The notes under the pieces: generated by a model
Seen by the model: the letters and a program-made list of their open reading frames with translations, nothing else
Databases searched by the model: none
What the model was told of the DNA's origin: nothing
Program-made: the position numbers and the translations under genes
Shown here: one piece after another, positions 11,767 through 24,900 of the stretch
Layout of the letters: every line of letters begins with the position of its first letter
Position numbering within the stretch: the first letter of the stretch is position 1
Assembly: GCF_009914755.1 (NCBI RefSeq)
Contig: NC_060937.1
DNA from: the human T2T-CHM13v2.0 reference genome, Homo sapiens
Length of the DNA: 64,000 bases
Strand: one strand, 5' to 3'

Positions 11767-14700
11767 AAGCGAGCAGAAATCCCATGAGGGGCAGTTGAGG
11801 TTTGAGGAAGGCGAGGTTAGGCACCTGTAGCAGAAAAAAAAAAAACCGCACCACGGAGAAGCAGAGCCTGGGTCCCCAACTGACAAAAGTGTCTTCCCAT
11901 TAGCCCTTGCGCTGGGCCCAGGTGTCCCTGGCATTCCTGGTTCGAGACCAGGGTGCGCTTCAGGCCGCTAGGGGTACCCAAAAGCGGGCAGAAGGCCCAT
12001 GAGGTGAAGGTGATGCACCTGGGGCAGAGAAAAAAAAAAAAAACAACCGCGCCGCGTATAAGCGGGGCCTGGCTCCCCCACAGAAGAAACTGTCCTCACA
12101 TCAGCGCTTGCGCTGCACCCCAGGGACCCTGGTATCCCTGGCTCGAGCCCAGCGTGCGCCTCGGCCTGCTAGGGGTACCCCAAGGCAGACAGAAGGCCCA
12201 TGAGGGAAAGGTGAGACACCTGGGGCAGAGAAAAAAATAAAAAAACTGCGCCGCCCAGAAGTGGGGCCTGGGTCCCCCACAGACGAACGTCCTTACCCAT
12301 CAGCCCTGAACTGGGCCCCGGAGACCCTAGCGTCCCTGGCTCGAAACCAGGGTGCGCTTTGGACCCGCTAGTGGTACCTCAAGGCGGGCAGAAAGCCCAT
12401 GAGGGGAAGGTGAGGCACCTGGGGAAAAGCGAAAAAAACAAAAACAAAAACAAAAACGTCGCAGAGAAGAAGAGCCTGGGTCCCCGAGGAAGAAAGTGTC
12501 TTCGCATCAGCCCTTGCGCTGGGCCCCGGGGACCCTGGTGTCCCAGTTTCGAACCCAGGGTGTGCGTCTGGCCACTAGGGGTACCCCAAGTCGGACAGAA
12601 GGCCCATGAGGGGAAGGTGAGGTTTGAGGGAGGAGACGTGAGGCAACTGTGGCAGAAAAAAAAAAAAAAAAAAACACGCCGCGGAGAAGCGGGGCCTGGG
12701 TCCCCAACGGACGAAAGTGCCTTCCCATCAGCCCCTGCGCTGGGCCCCATGGACACTGGCGACCCTGGTTAGAGCCCAGGGTGCGCCTCGTGCCCAATAG
12801 GGGTATCCCAAAGCGGGCAGAATGCTCATTAGGGGAAGGTGAGACACCTGGGGCAGAGAAAAAAAAAACTGCGCCGCAAAGAAGCGGGACCTGGGTCCCC
12901 CACGGATGAAAGTGTCTTCCCATCAGCCCCTGCCCTGGGCCCCATGGACCCTGGCAACCCTGGTTCGAGCCCCAGGTGCGCCTCGCGCCCGCTAGGGTTA
13001 CCCAGAAGCCGGCAGAAGGCCCATGAGAGGAAGGTGAGACACCTGGGGCAAAGGAAAAAAAAAACCGCGCTGCAGAGAAGCGAGGCCTGGCTCCTCCACG
13101 GACGAAGGTGTCTTCCCATCAGCCCCTGCGCTGGGCCCTGGGGAACCTGGTGTCCCTGGCTGGAAACCAGGGTGCACCTCGGACCTGCTAGGGGTACCCC
13201 AAGGAGAGCAGAAAGCCCATGAGGGGAAGGTGAGGCACCTGCGGCAGAGAAAGAAGAAAAACCGCGCCGCGGAGAAGGGGGGCCTGGGTCCCCCACTGAC
13301 GAAAGTGTCTTTCTGTCAGCCCTTGAGCTGGGTCCCGAGGACGCTGACATCCCTGGTTCGAGCCCACGCTGCGCCTCAGGCTGCTACGAGTACCCCAAGG
13401 AGGAAAGAAGGCCCAAAAGTTTCAGCTGAGGTTTGAGGGAGGAGAGATGAGGCACCTGTGGCAGAAAAAAAAAAAAAAACGCGCAGCGGAGAACCGGTGC
13501 CTGGGTCGAAAGTGCCTTCCCATCAGCCACTGCGCTTGGCCCCATGGAACCTGGCCTCCATGGTTCGAGCCCAGGGTGCGCCTCGGGCCGCTACCGGTAC
13601 CCCAAAGTGTGCAGAAGGCCCATGAGGGGAAGGTGAGGCACCTGGGGCAGAGAAAAAAAAAAACCTCGCCGCGGAGAAGCGGGGACTGGGTCCCCCCCAC
13701 GGACGAAAGTGTCTTCCCATCAGCCCTTGCGCTGGGCCCCAGGGACCCTGGCTTCCCTGGTTCGAGCCCACAGTGCACCTCGGGCCGCTAGGTGTACCCC
13801 AAGGCAGACAGAAGGCCCATGAGGGGAAGGTGAGGTTTGAGGGAGGAGCGGTGAGGCACCTGTGGCAGAAAAAAAAAAAACGCGCCACGGAGAAGCAGGG
13901 CATGGGTCCCCCACGGACGAAAGTGCCTTCCCATCAGGCCCTGCGCTGAGCCCCGTGGACCCTGGCGACCTTGGCTCAAACCCAGGGTGCGCCTCGGGCG
14001 GTTAGGGGTACCCCAAGGCGGGCAGAAAGCCCATGAGGGGAAGTTGAGGTTTGAGGGAGGAGAGGTGAGGCACCTGTGGCAGGAAAAAAAAAAAAAAAAA
14101 AACCGCACTGCAGAGAAGCGGGGCTTGGGTCCGGCACGGACGAAAGTGTCTTCCCATCAGCCCTTGCGCTGCGCCCCGGGGACCCTGACGACCCTGATTC
14201 GAGCCGAGGGTGCGCCTCGGTCCACTAGGGGTACCCCAAAGCAGGCAGATGGCTCATGAGGGGAAGGTGAGGTACCTGGGGAAGCCAAAAGAAAAAAAAA
14301 ACTGCGCCGCGGAGAAGCGGTGCCTGGGTCCCCCACGGACGAAAGTGTCTTCCTATCAGCCCTTGCACTGGGCCCCGGGAACCCTGGCGTCCCTGGTTCG
14401 ACCTCATGGTTCGCCTTGGGCCGCTAGGGGTACCCCAAGGCGGGCAGAAGGCCCATGAGGCAAAGGTGAGGTTTGAGGGAGGAGAGGTGAGGCACCTGTG
14501 GCAGAAAAAAAAAAACGCGCCACGGAGAAGGGGGGCCTGGGTCCCCCATTGACGAAAGTGCTTTACCATTAGCCCCTGCGCTTGGCCCCGTGCACCCTGG
14601 CGACCCTGGTTCGAACCCAGTGTGCGCCTCGGGCCGCTAGCCGTACCCCAAAGTGGGCAGAAGCCCATGAAGGGAAGGTGAGGCACCTAGGGCGGAGAAA

Positions 14701-15915
14701 AAAGGAAAAAACCTCGCCACGGAGAAGGGAGGCCTGGGTTCCCCACGAAAGAAAGTGCCTTCCCATCAGACCCGGTGCTAGGCCCCAGGGACCCTGGCAT
14801 CCCTGGTTCGAGCCCAGGGTGCGCCTCGGGCCGCTGGGGGTACCCCAAGGCGGACAGAAAGCCCATGAGGGGAAGGTGAGGCACCTGTGGCAGAAAAAAA
14901 AAAAAAACCGCGCCGCAGTGAAGCTGGGCCTGGGTCCCCCACTTACGAAAGTGCCTTCCCATCAGGCCTTGCGCTGGACCTCGCGGACACTGGTGACCCT
15001 GGTTCGAGCCCAGGGTGCGCCTTGGGCCCGCTAGGGGTACCCAGAAGCGGGCAGAAGGCCCATGAGGGGTAGGTGAGGCACCTGAGGCAGAGAAAAAAAA
15101 AACTATGCCGCGGAGAAGCGGGGCCTGGGTCCCCCACGGAAGAAAGTGTCTTCCCATCAGCCCCTGAGCTGGGCCCACGGGACCCTGGCATCCCTGGTTC
15201 AAACCAGGGTGCGCTTCGGGACTCTTGGGGTACCCCATGGTGGGCAGAAAGCCTATAAGGGGAAGGTGAGGTTTGAGGGAGGAGAGGTATGGCACCTGTG
15301 GCATAAAAGAAAAAAAAAAAAACCGCGCCACAGAGAAGCAGGGCCTGGGTCCCCCAAGGACGAAAGTGCCTTCTCATCTGCCCTTGTGCTGGGCCCCGGG
15401 GACCCTGTCGTCCCTGGCTCGAATCCAGGGTGCGCCTCTGGCCTGCTAGGGGTAACCCAAAGCGGGCAGAAGGCGCATGAGGGGAAGGTGAGTCACCTGG
15501 GGCAGAGAAAAAAAAAAAACACAGCACTGCGGAGAAGCGGGGCCTGGGTCCCCCACGGGTGAAAGTGTCTCCCCATCAGCCCTTGCGCTGTGCCCTGGGG
15601 ACCCTGGCATCCCTGGTTCGAGCCCAGGGTGCGCCTCGGGCCGCCAGGGGTACCACAAGGTGGACAGAAGGCCCATGAGGGAAAGGTGAGGCACCTGGGG
15701 CAGAGAAAAAAAACTGTGCCACGGAGAAGCGGGGACTGGGTCCCCCACGGACGAAAGTGTATTCCCATGAACCCTTGCGCTGAGCCCCAGGGACCCTGGC
15801 GTCCCTGGTTCGAGTCCAGTGTGCACCTAAGGCGGCTAGGGGTACCCCAAGTCGAACAGAAGGCCCATGAGGGGAAGTGAGGTTTCAGGGAGTAGAGGTG
15901 AGGCACCTGTGGCAG
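11767..15915 (+). repeat. Gamma satellite (GSATII-like) block 2, ~21 monomers
   Basis: Same monomer as block 1, with long variants (extra ggtttgagggaggagaggtga) and short variants; KpnI palindrome ggggtacccc in most monomers. Confidence 0.85.
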
Positions 15916-18900
15916 GTGTCCATCTGTAAACTGTTTATCCATGTGAGCCCTGATGTCCACCAGGGGCTGGATGTCCCCCTGGGGCTAGATGTTCGCCTGG
16001 AGCCTGGTGCCCACCTGGGGCCTGATATCCAGGAGAGGCTTAGTTATCCACCTATGGCCATCTGGAGCCAGATGCCCACCTGAGGTCTGGTGTACACCTA
16101 AGGCCCGATCTCTACCTGGGGCTTGGGTGTTCATGTGGGGCCTGATGTCCACCTAAGACCATGTGTTCACCTGGAGCCTGGGTGACCATCTGGGTTATGA
16201 TGTTCAGCTGGGGCCCAGAGTTCAGCTAGGGACTGGGTCAACCTTCTGCTTGTTGCACACCTGGGGACTAGGTACCCACCTGGGCTCCAGTGTTCACTGG
16301 GGCCTGATGTCTACCTGGGGCCTTGTATTTACCTAGGACCAGTGCATCCATCTGGGGTCTGAGTGCCCTCATGGAGCCTGGAGTTTTCCTGGGGACTGGG
16401 GTCTGCCTTAGGCTTAAGTGTACATCTGTGGCCTCATGTCCACCTTGGGACAGATGTCCACCTGGGGACGGATATTCAGTAGGGGCCTGAGTGTCCACCT
16501 GGTTTTTGATGTCTACCTGGGGCCTGGTGTTCATCTGAGGTGTGATATCCACCTGGGGCCTGGACATTTGCCTGGAACCTGATGTACAGCTGGTGCCTGA
16601 AGTTCGTCTATGCCTGGTGTCTCCCTGGGGCCAGGTAGTCAAACACAGGGCCTGAATACCTTCTAGAGTTCAGTGTTCACCTGGGGTCCGAAGTCCACCT
16701 AGGGCTTGGGTGTCCAAATAGGGCCTGGTGTCAGCTTGAGATTTGTGTATTTACCTAGGGCCTGGTTGTCCACTTGGGGCTTGATTTTTCACTTGGTTTT
16801 TGTGTTAATCTGGGGTCTAGTGTCCACCTGGGGCCTGGGTATCCACCTAGGGACTATTGTCCAGCTGGAGACTAATGACTACCTATGGCCTGGTAATCAC
16901 CTAAGGCTTTGTTTCACTTAGGTACTTGGTGCCAAACTGTTGCCTGCTGTTCACCTGGGGTATGGTGTCCACCTGGGGTCTGGATGTCAGCCTGGGGCTT
17001 GTTGTATACATGTATCTTAGATATCCAGATAAGGGTCTGTTTTCTGCTTAGGTGCAGCAGTCCATCTGGTGTTTGAGTGTCAACCTAAGGCCTGATGTCT
17101 ATGTTGGAGCTTGGGTTCACCTGAGGCCTGATATCCACCTGGGGCCTCAATGTCCAAATGGGGCCTGATGCCCATCTGGGTCCTGGGTGTCCACCTGCAG
17201 CATGGATGTCCACTGGTACTTTATGTCCACCAGGGGCCTAATGTCCACCTAAGACCTGGTGTTCACCTGGGGTCTGATGTTCAGCTGAAGACAGGATGTC
17301 CACCTGGAGCCGAGGAATCCACCCAGGGACTGGTGTTGAACTGGGGCCTGATGACCACCTGGGGACAAGGTACACATCAGGCTTGTTGTCCACCTGTCAC
17401 CAGATGTCCACCTGAGTCCTGATGTCCATCTTGATCCTGTTTGTCCACATTAGGCCTGATGTCCAGCTGGGGCCTAGGTACCCACTGGGGGCTTCCTGTT
17501 AACCTGGGGACTGGTGTCATTCTGGGGCCTAATGACCACCTGGGTTGTATTATTCACCTAGGGCCTGGTGTCCACTTGGGGCTTGAGTGTAACCTTGGAC
17601 CTGGCACCCACATAGGATTGGGTATCAAACTGGCCCCTTGGTGTCCAGTTAAGACATCATGTGAACCTGGCGCCTGAGTGTCCACATGGGTCCAAATGAC
17701 TACTGGGGGCCTGAATGTCAACCTAGAATCTGAGGTTTACTAGGGGCCTAGGTATCCACCTGGGGCCCAATGTCCACCTGAGCCTGGGTGTCAACCTGGG
17801 GCCTGATGTAAACCTCTAGTTCAGTATCCACCTTGGGCTTAATGTCAACCTGGAGCCCGATGTCCACCTGAGTACTGATGTTCACCTTTGACCTGATGTC
17901 CACCTGTGGACTGTTTATCCACCCATGGCCTGATGTTCACCTGGGGCTGAATGTCCAACTGTGACCTGTTGTGCACCTGGAACCTAGGCATCCACCTGCA
18001 GCCTGATGTTCAGCTGGGCTGGGACCTGGAGTTCACCTGAGGCATGATGTCCACCTGAAGCTTGATGTTCACCTGGGGGCTGGGTGTCCACTTGGGGCCC
18101 AATATCCACCTGGAGACTAGGTACCCACCTGGGATCTGGTGTTCACTCAAGATTGGTGTTCAGCTGTGGCCTAATGACCACCTGGGTCACGGTGTCTACC
18201 TTGGACTGGGTGCTCACCTGGAGCCAGTGTTCACTGGGGGCCTAGTGTGCACCTGAGACTGGGGGATGCACCTGGGGCCTGGTGTCTACCTGGTGCCTAG
18301 GTATCCACTTGGGGCCTAATGTTCATCTGGAATCTGATATCCACCTGGGGCCTTGTAATTACCTGGGTTCTGGGCATCCACCTAGGGCTTGAGTATCCTC
18401 CTGGGGCCTTGAGTTTTACTAGGGACTCGTGTCTGCCTTGGACCTGGGTGTATATCTGTTGCCTAATGTACACCTTGAGAGTGATGTCAACCTGGGGACA
18501 GATGTCTTCTTGGGGTCTGAGTGTACACCTGGTGTCTGATGTCTGCCTGGGGACTTGTGTTCACCTCAGACCTGATATTCACCTGGGGACTGGGCGTCCA
18601 CGAGGGGCTGATGTTCAGCTGGACACTGGATATCCACCTGGGGCTTGGGGATCCATCCAGAAACTGATATCAAACTGGGGCCTGATGTCTACCTGTGGAC
18701 TAGGTATCCATGTGAGGCTTGATGTTCATCCACGGCCAGACGTCCATCCGATGCTTGATGTCCACCTTACTCCTGGGTGTCTACTAGAGACCTCATGTCC
18801 AACTAGAATTTAGGAACCTACTGGGGGCCTCGTGTAAACCTGGGGACTGGTATGAAGCTGGGTCCTAATGATCCCCTGGGTCATATTATTCACCTAGGGC

Positions 18901-21900
18901 CTCATGTCCACTTGGGGCTTCAGTGTCAACCTTAGGTCTTGTGTTCATCTTTGACCTGGTGTACACCTGGGACACCTACGGACTTGGTGTCCAATTGAGG
19001 TGTCATGACCACCTGGGGACTGAATGTCAATCTGGGGTCTGATGTAAACCTCTAGTTCAGTATCCACCTGGGCCTGGTCTTTGCTTGGGGCCTGCTGTCT
19101 ACCTGGGCCTTGCTGTCAACCTAGGGCCTGATGTAAACCTCTAGTTCAGTATCCACCTGGGGTCAGATGTCTTCCTAGAGACTTATATTCACTTTTGACC
19201 TGATGTCCACCTGGGGACTTGCTATCCATCCATGGTCTGATATTCACCTGGAGACAGATGTTCAACTGTGGTCAGAAGTGCTCCTGGGGTCTGGGCTTCC
19301 ACCTGGAGCCTGATGTTTAGCTGGGGCTAGAGTTCACATGGAGAATGATGTCCACCTGAAGTTTGATGTTTACCTGGGGCCTGATACCTACCTGGTGCCC
19401 AAGTATTCTCATGTGCCTAACATCCACTAGTTGGCCTGATGTTCATCTGAGGGCTTGGTGTCAACCAGTGGCTTTATGTACACCTGGATTCTAGTGTCCT
19501 CCTGGGGTCTTATGCCTACCAGGAGTCTGGTGTACCCCTGGGGTCTAGTATCCACCTGCAGTCTGGGCGTCCACCTGGAGCCTAATGTTGAGGTTAGACT
19601 GAGTGTCAGCCTGAGGCCTGATGTCTACTAGGGCATAGATATTCACCTGGGGCTTGTTGTTTACCTGGGGACTAATGTCAACCTTGAGCCTAGGTATCCA
19701 CCTGGGGAATAGTGTCCAGTTGCAGCCAGATGTCCACCTATGGCCTGAAGCATGGTTGTTATCCTAAGTCCTTGTATTAGTCCATTTTCACACTGTTATA
19801 AAAAACTACCTGATATTGGGCAACTTATGAGGAAAAGAGGTTTAACTGACCCACAGTTCTTCAGGCTTAATAGGGAGCATGACTGGGCGGGCTCAGGACA
19901 CTTACAATCATGATGTAAAGCCCTTTTTACCATGTGGGAGGAGGAGGGAGACAGAAGGGGGATGTGCTACACACTTTCAAATAACCAGGTCTCGTAAGAA
20001 CTCTATCACGAGAACACCAAGTGGGAAGTCTGCCCCCATGATTCAATCACCATTCACCAGGCTCATTCTTCAACCCATGGGGATTACAATTCAACATGAG
20101 ATTTGGGTGGAGACATAGAGCCAATATCAGGCCTGATGCCCGCCTGGAGTCATGTCTACCTGAGGCCTAATGTAGACATGAGGCCTGGGCATTCACCTAG
20201 GACCTCATGTTAAGATAGGGGCTGGAGTTCTTTTGGTGCCTAGTGTATACCTGGGGCCCAGATGTATAACTAGAACCTGATGTTTCAGATGGAAACCTGG
20301 GCCCCAGGTGCTCATCAGATCCCACGTGAAAACTCAGGCTTCAGGTGCACATCAGACTCCAAGTGGACACATAGGCCCTAGGTTGATACCAAGATTTCAG
20401 GTAGACTCTGGGTCCCAGAAAAACACCCCGCCCTAGGTGGACAGCTGAACCTGAGTAGACATCAGGCCCCGGATTGACATCTGGCCTCAGGTAGATTCCT
20501 AGGCCCAAGGTGAATACTCAGTCTCCTGCCCTAGGGGAATTCAGTCTTAGGTGATTAAGGACTGGTGCTCCTCTGGGGCCTCATGTCTACCTGGGCCCTG
20601 GGAATGCACATGGAGCCAGATGTCTATAAAGGGCCTGAGTGTCCACTAGGGCCTGAGGTTCACCAGGAGCATAGACATCCACCTAGGACCTCGTGTCCAC
20701 CTAAAACCTGGTGTTCACCTGGGGCCTGGGTGACAACCTGGGATCTGATGTTCACCTGAGGCCCAGAGTTCAGCTGGTGCCTATGTCAGCCTGGCACCTG
20801 ATACACACGAGATGACTAGGTGCCCACCTGAGGACTGGTGTTCATGGGGAACTGGTGTTCAGCTGTGGCTTGATGAGCAACTGGGTCCTGGTGTCCTCCT
20901 GGCAACTGATGTCCACCTGGGACTTCATGCTTACCTAGGGCCTGGTGTTCCCCTGGGGCCTGGTGTGCCCCTGAGATCTGGGGTCCACCTGGGCCTAGTA
21001 TCCACTTGGGGCCTCATATCCATCTGGAACATCATGTCCACTTGGGGCCTTGTAGTTACCTAGGGACTGGGTGTCCTTCTGGCACTTGGGTGTCCTCCTG
21101 GGGCCTGGGGTTCTCCTGGGGCCTGGGTGTACATCTCTGGCCTGATGTCCACCTTGGGTGGATGTCCACCTGGGGACAGATGTTCACTTGTGGCTTGAGT
21201 GTCCATCTCGTGTCTAATGTCTACCTGGGGCCTGGTGTTTGCCTGAGGCCTTATATCCACCTGGGGCCTGGGCATCCATTTGAGGCCTGATGTCTACCTA
21301 AGACCTGGTGTTTAACTGGGGCACAGACTTCTTCCTGGAGCCTGACGTTCATCTGGAGCCTGAAGTTCACCTGTGCTTGTTGTCTACCTGAGGCCTATGT
21401 GTCAACCTAGTGCCTGATGACCACCCTGAGTTCAGTGTTCACCTGGGGCCTGACATCTGTCTGGAGTCTGGGTGTCCACATAGGGCCTGATGTTGGCTTG
21501 GGACCAAAGTATTTACCTAGGGCCTGGGTGTCTACTTACAGCCTGACTTCTACATGGTTCATTGTGTCAACCTGGGGCCTGATGTCCACTTAGGTCCTAG
21601 GTAAGCTCCTTATGACTAAAGTCCACATGGGGGCTGAAACCATCTCAGACCTTGAACCTAGGGCTTAGTGTCGACCTGAGACCTGGTGACCCCCTGGGGT
21701 CAAGGTATCCACCTTGGGCCTGATGACCAACTGGGGTTTAAGGATCTACCTAGAGACTGGTGTCAACCTGGAACCTGATGTCCACTTGGGGTCTGGTGTA
21801 CACCTTGGGCCTGATGCCCACCTTGGCACAGGTGTACACTTTGGGCCTAGTGTGCACCTGAAGCCTGGCTGTCAACCTGGGTCTTGATGCACACCTTTAG

Positions 21901-24900
21901 TCAAGTGTTAAACTGGGGCCTGATGAAATACTGGAGCCTGATTTACACCTGTGTACTGGGTCTCCACCTGGGGCCTGATGTCCACCTGCAGCCAGATATC
22001 CACCTGGCACCAGATGTCTTTGAGGAATCTGGGTGTCCACCTTGAAAATGATGTATTCCAAGAGACTAGGCATGCACATTGGGCCTGGGGTGCACCTAGG
22101 TCCTGATGTCTACCTGAGGCTGGTATTGAGCTGGGGCCTGTGTGTTCACTTGGAGCCTGATGTTCATTTGGAACCTGGTGTTCACCTAGGACATGGGTAT
22201 CCACATGGATCCTGATTTTCAGGTGAGGAGTGGATATAGATCTGGGACCTGATGGCCACCTATGCTATAAGTAACCCAACCACCTGAGGCCTGATGTTCA
22301 CCTGCAGCCTGATATCCACCTGGTACCTGTGTGTCAATCTAGTGCCTGGTGTCCACTTGAGGACTAGGCAGACACCTGGGGCTTGGCGTTCACCAGGGGC
22401 CTGGTGTTCATCTTGCACCCAGTGTCCACCTGGACCCTGTGTATCAACCTGTGGCCTAGGTGGCCACTGTAGCTTTATGTGCACCTGGGGCCTGAGAGTT
22501 TCCTAGGATCTGATGACCACTGGGGCCCAGGTATCCACCTGGGATATCAGGCTTCAAGTGTACACCCAGGCTCCATGTGGACACCAGGCCAGGAGAATGC
22601 CAGCCCTTATCTGAACATCAGGTCCTAGATAGACGCCCAGGCTCCATATGTACATCAGGCCCCAGGTATACACTGGACTCCAGGTGGACACCACACTCAA
22701 TTGGATACACACACTTAAGGTGGATACCAGGCCCCACGTGAATTCCTATACTCCAGGTGAACATCAGGTCCCAAGTGGATACCTGGACCCCAGATGAATA
22801 CCAGTCTCTAAATTAATACCAGGCCTCAGATGGTCCTTAGGAACCATGTGGGCATTAGTCATCAGGAAGTTACCTAGGCCCAAAGTGGACATCAGGCCCC
22901 ATGTTGACACAAGATCTAGTTGGAAGTCAGGCACCAGGTGGACACCCAGGCCCTAGGTAAATACTTAGGTCCCAAGTTGACAGCAGGCCCTATGTGAACA
23001 CTCAGAACTCAGGTGGACATCAGGCCTCAGGTGGACATCTGAGTTCATCTGGAACCTCATGTTACAGGCCCCATGTAAACACCAGGCCTTAGATGGATAC
23101 CCAATCTCTAGGTAGACATCAGAGCTCAGATTGACACAAAGACTCCACTAGACATAATGTACCAATGAATATCCAGGCGCCCGGTAAATACCCAGGCCCC
23201 AGATTGACACCATGGTCTATGTGGACACACAGGCCCCGGGTAGTAAACAGGCCCAAGGTGGACACTGGACTGGACATCAGGTCCTAGGTTGACAACCGTG
23301 CTCCAAGTTGACACCAGGCCCCAAGTGAACATCTGGTCCCAGCTGGACACTAGTCCCCTGGTGAATACCTGGGCTCAAGGTTGACATCAGACCCTATGTG
23401 AACACTAGACCCCAGATAAACACTTATGCCCTAAGTGGACATCAGGCCTCAGGTGGTTACCCAGTCCCAAGGTGAACATCAGGACCCCGATGGGCACCAG
23501 TTATCAAGTGGATTCCTAGGCCCCAGGTGAATATCAAGCCCTAGGTGGATACCGAGCCCCAGGTGGATACCTGGATCCTGGTAGACATCAGGTCCCAAGA
23601 GGACACTAGAACCCAGGAGTACATTAGGCCACAGGTTAACACGAAGGCCCCAGATGAATACCAGGCCAACTTGTGGACATCAGGCCTGAGAAGGGTCCTT
23701 GGGCTCCAGGGGGATATCAGGCCCCAGGTGAACATCCAGCACTCAGATGAACATTAAGCTTCAGGTAGGCATCATGCCTCAGGTGAACTCCAGGCCCCAG
23801 CTGAACATCAGGTCCCACGTGGATGCCCAGAATCCTGGTGCACATCTGGTCACAGTTGGACATTCAACCCCAGGTGACCATCAGGCCATGGGTGAATACA
23901 CGGTTTCCAGGTAGACATCAGATCAAAGGGGAACATCAGTCCCCCAGTGGACATCAGGCCCAAGGTGGACACTCAACTAGAGGTTTACATCAGGCCACAT
24001 GTTGACACCTAGTCCCAGGTGGACATCAGGCCCCAGGTGGATACCTAGGCTTCCAGTGAATTTCAGACACCAGGTTGACATTCAGGCCCCCAGTGGTCAT
24101 CTGGCCTCATGCGAACACTCAGACCCCAGGTGCAAATGATGTCTCAACTGGATACCAAACCCCTAGTTTGATACCCAAGGCCCAGGTGGACACCAGGTCC
24201 AAGGCTGACACTCAAGCCCTAAGTGAATACCAAACTCTAGGTGAATAATTCAACCCAGGTGGTCATTAGGACCCAGCTGGATACCAGTCCCCAGGTTAAC
24301 AGAAGGCCCCCGGTGGGCACCTAGGCACCAGCTGGACATCAGGCCCTATGTAAACACCCAGGTCTCAGGTGAACACCATGTCCCAGGTGGACATCAGGCC
24401 CTAGGTGGACACGGGGCCACAGGTGGACATCTAGCCCCTGGGCAACATCCAGCCCCAGGTGGACATAACCATTTCCATGGATAAACCATTCCCAGGTGGA
24501 TAGCAGGCCTCAAGAGGATGGCAGTCACCAGGTAGACATCAGGCCTCAGATAGACACCAAGGTCCCAGATGTACAGCAGGCCCCAACCGAACCCCAGACT
24601 CATGTGGACATCAGGCCACAGGTAGACACCAAGCCTTAGGTAGATACCTAACTTCAGGTAGACATCAGACCCAAGGTGGACACCCAGTCCCCAGGTGGAC
24701 AGTCAGGCCCCAGGCACACATCAGGCCTTAAGTGGTCACCCAGGCCCCAGGTTAATATCCAGTTCCCAGGTGATCACCAAGCCCCAGGTAGACACCAGGC
24801 CGTAGGTGAGCAACAGGATGCAGTAGGTCATCAGGCCACAGCTGGATACCAGTCCCTGGTGAACACAAGGCCCCAGTGGGACACAGATCTAAGGCAGACA

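Noticed and set aside
11280-11830. True telomere or telomere-fusion site
   Set aside because: No TTAGGG/CCCTAA arrays are present, and TAR1 is flanked by in-register satellite.
10270-15915. CRISPR-like repeat-spacer array
   Set aside because: The whole monomer is repeated with no unique spacers, there are no cas genes, and the context is primate DNA full of Alu and L1.
8550-15960. Many overlapping 60-214 aa ORFs in the CpG island and GSATII
   Set aside because: They result from GC-rich stop-poor repeats, occur in all frames, and their poly-K/poly-F runs come from variable A tracts.
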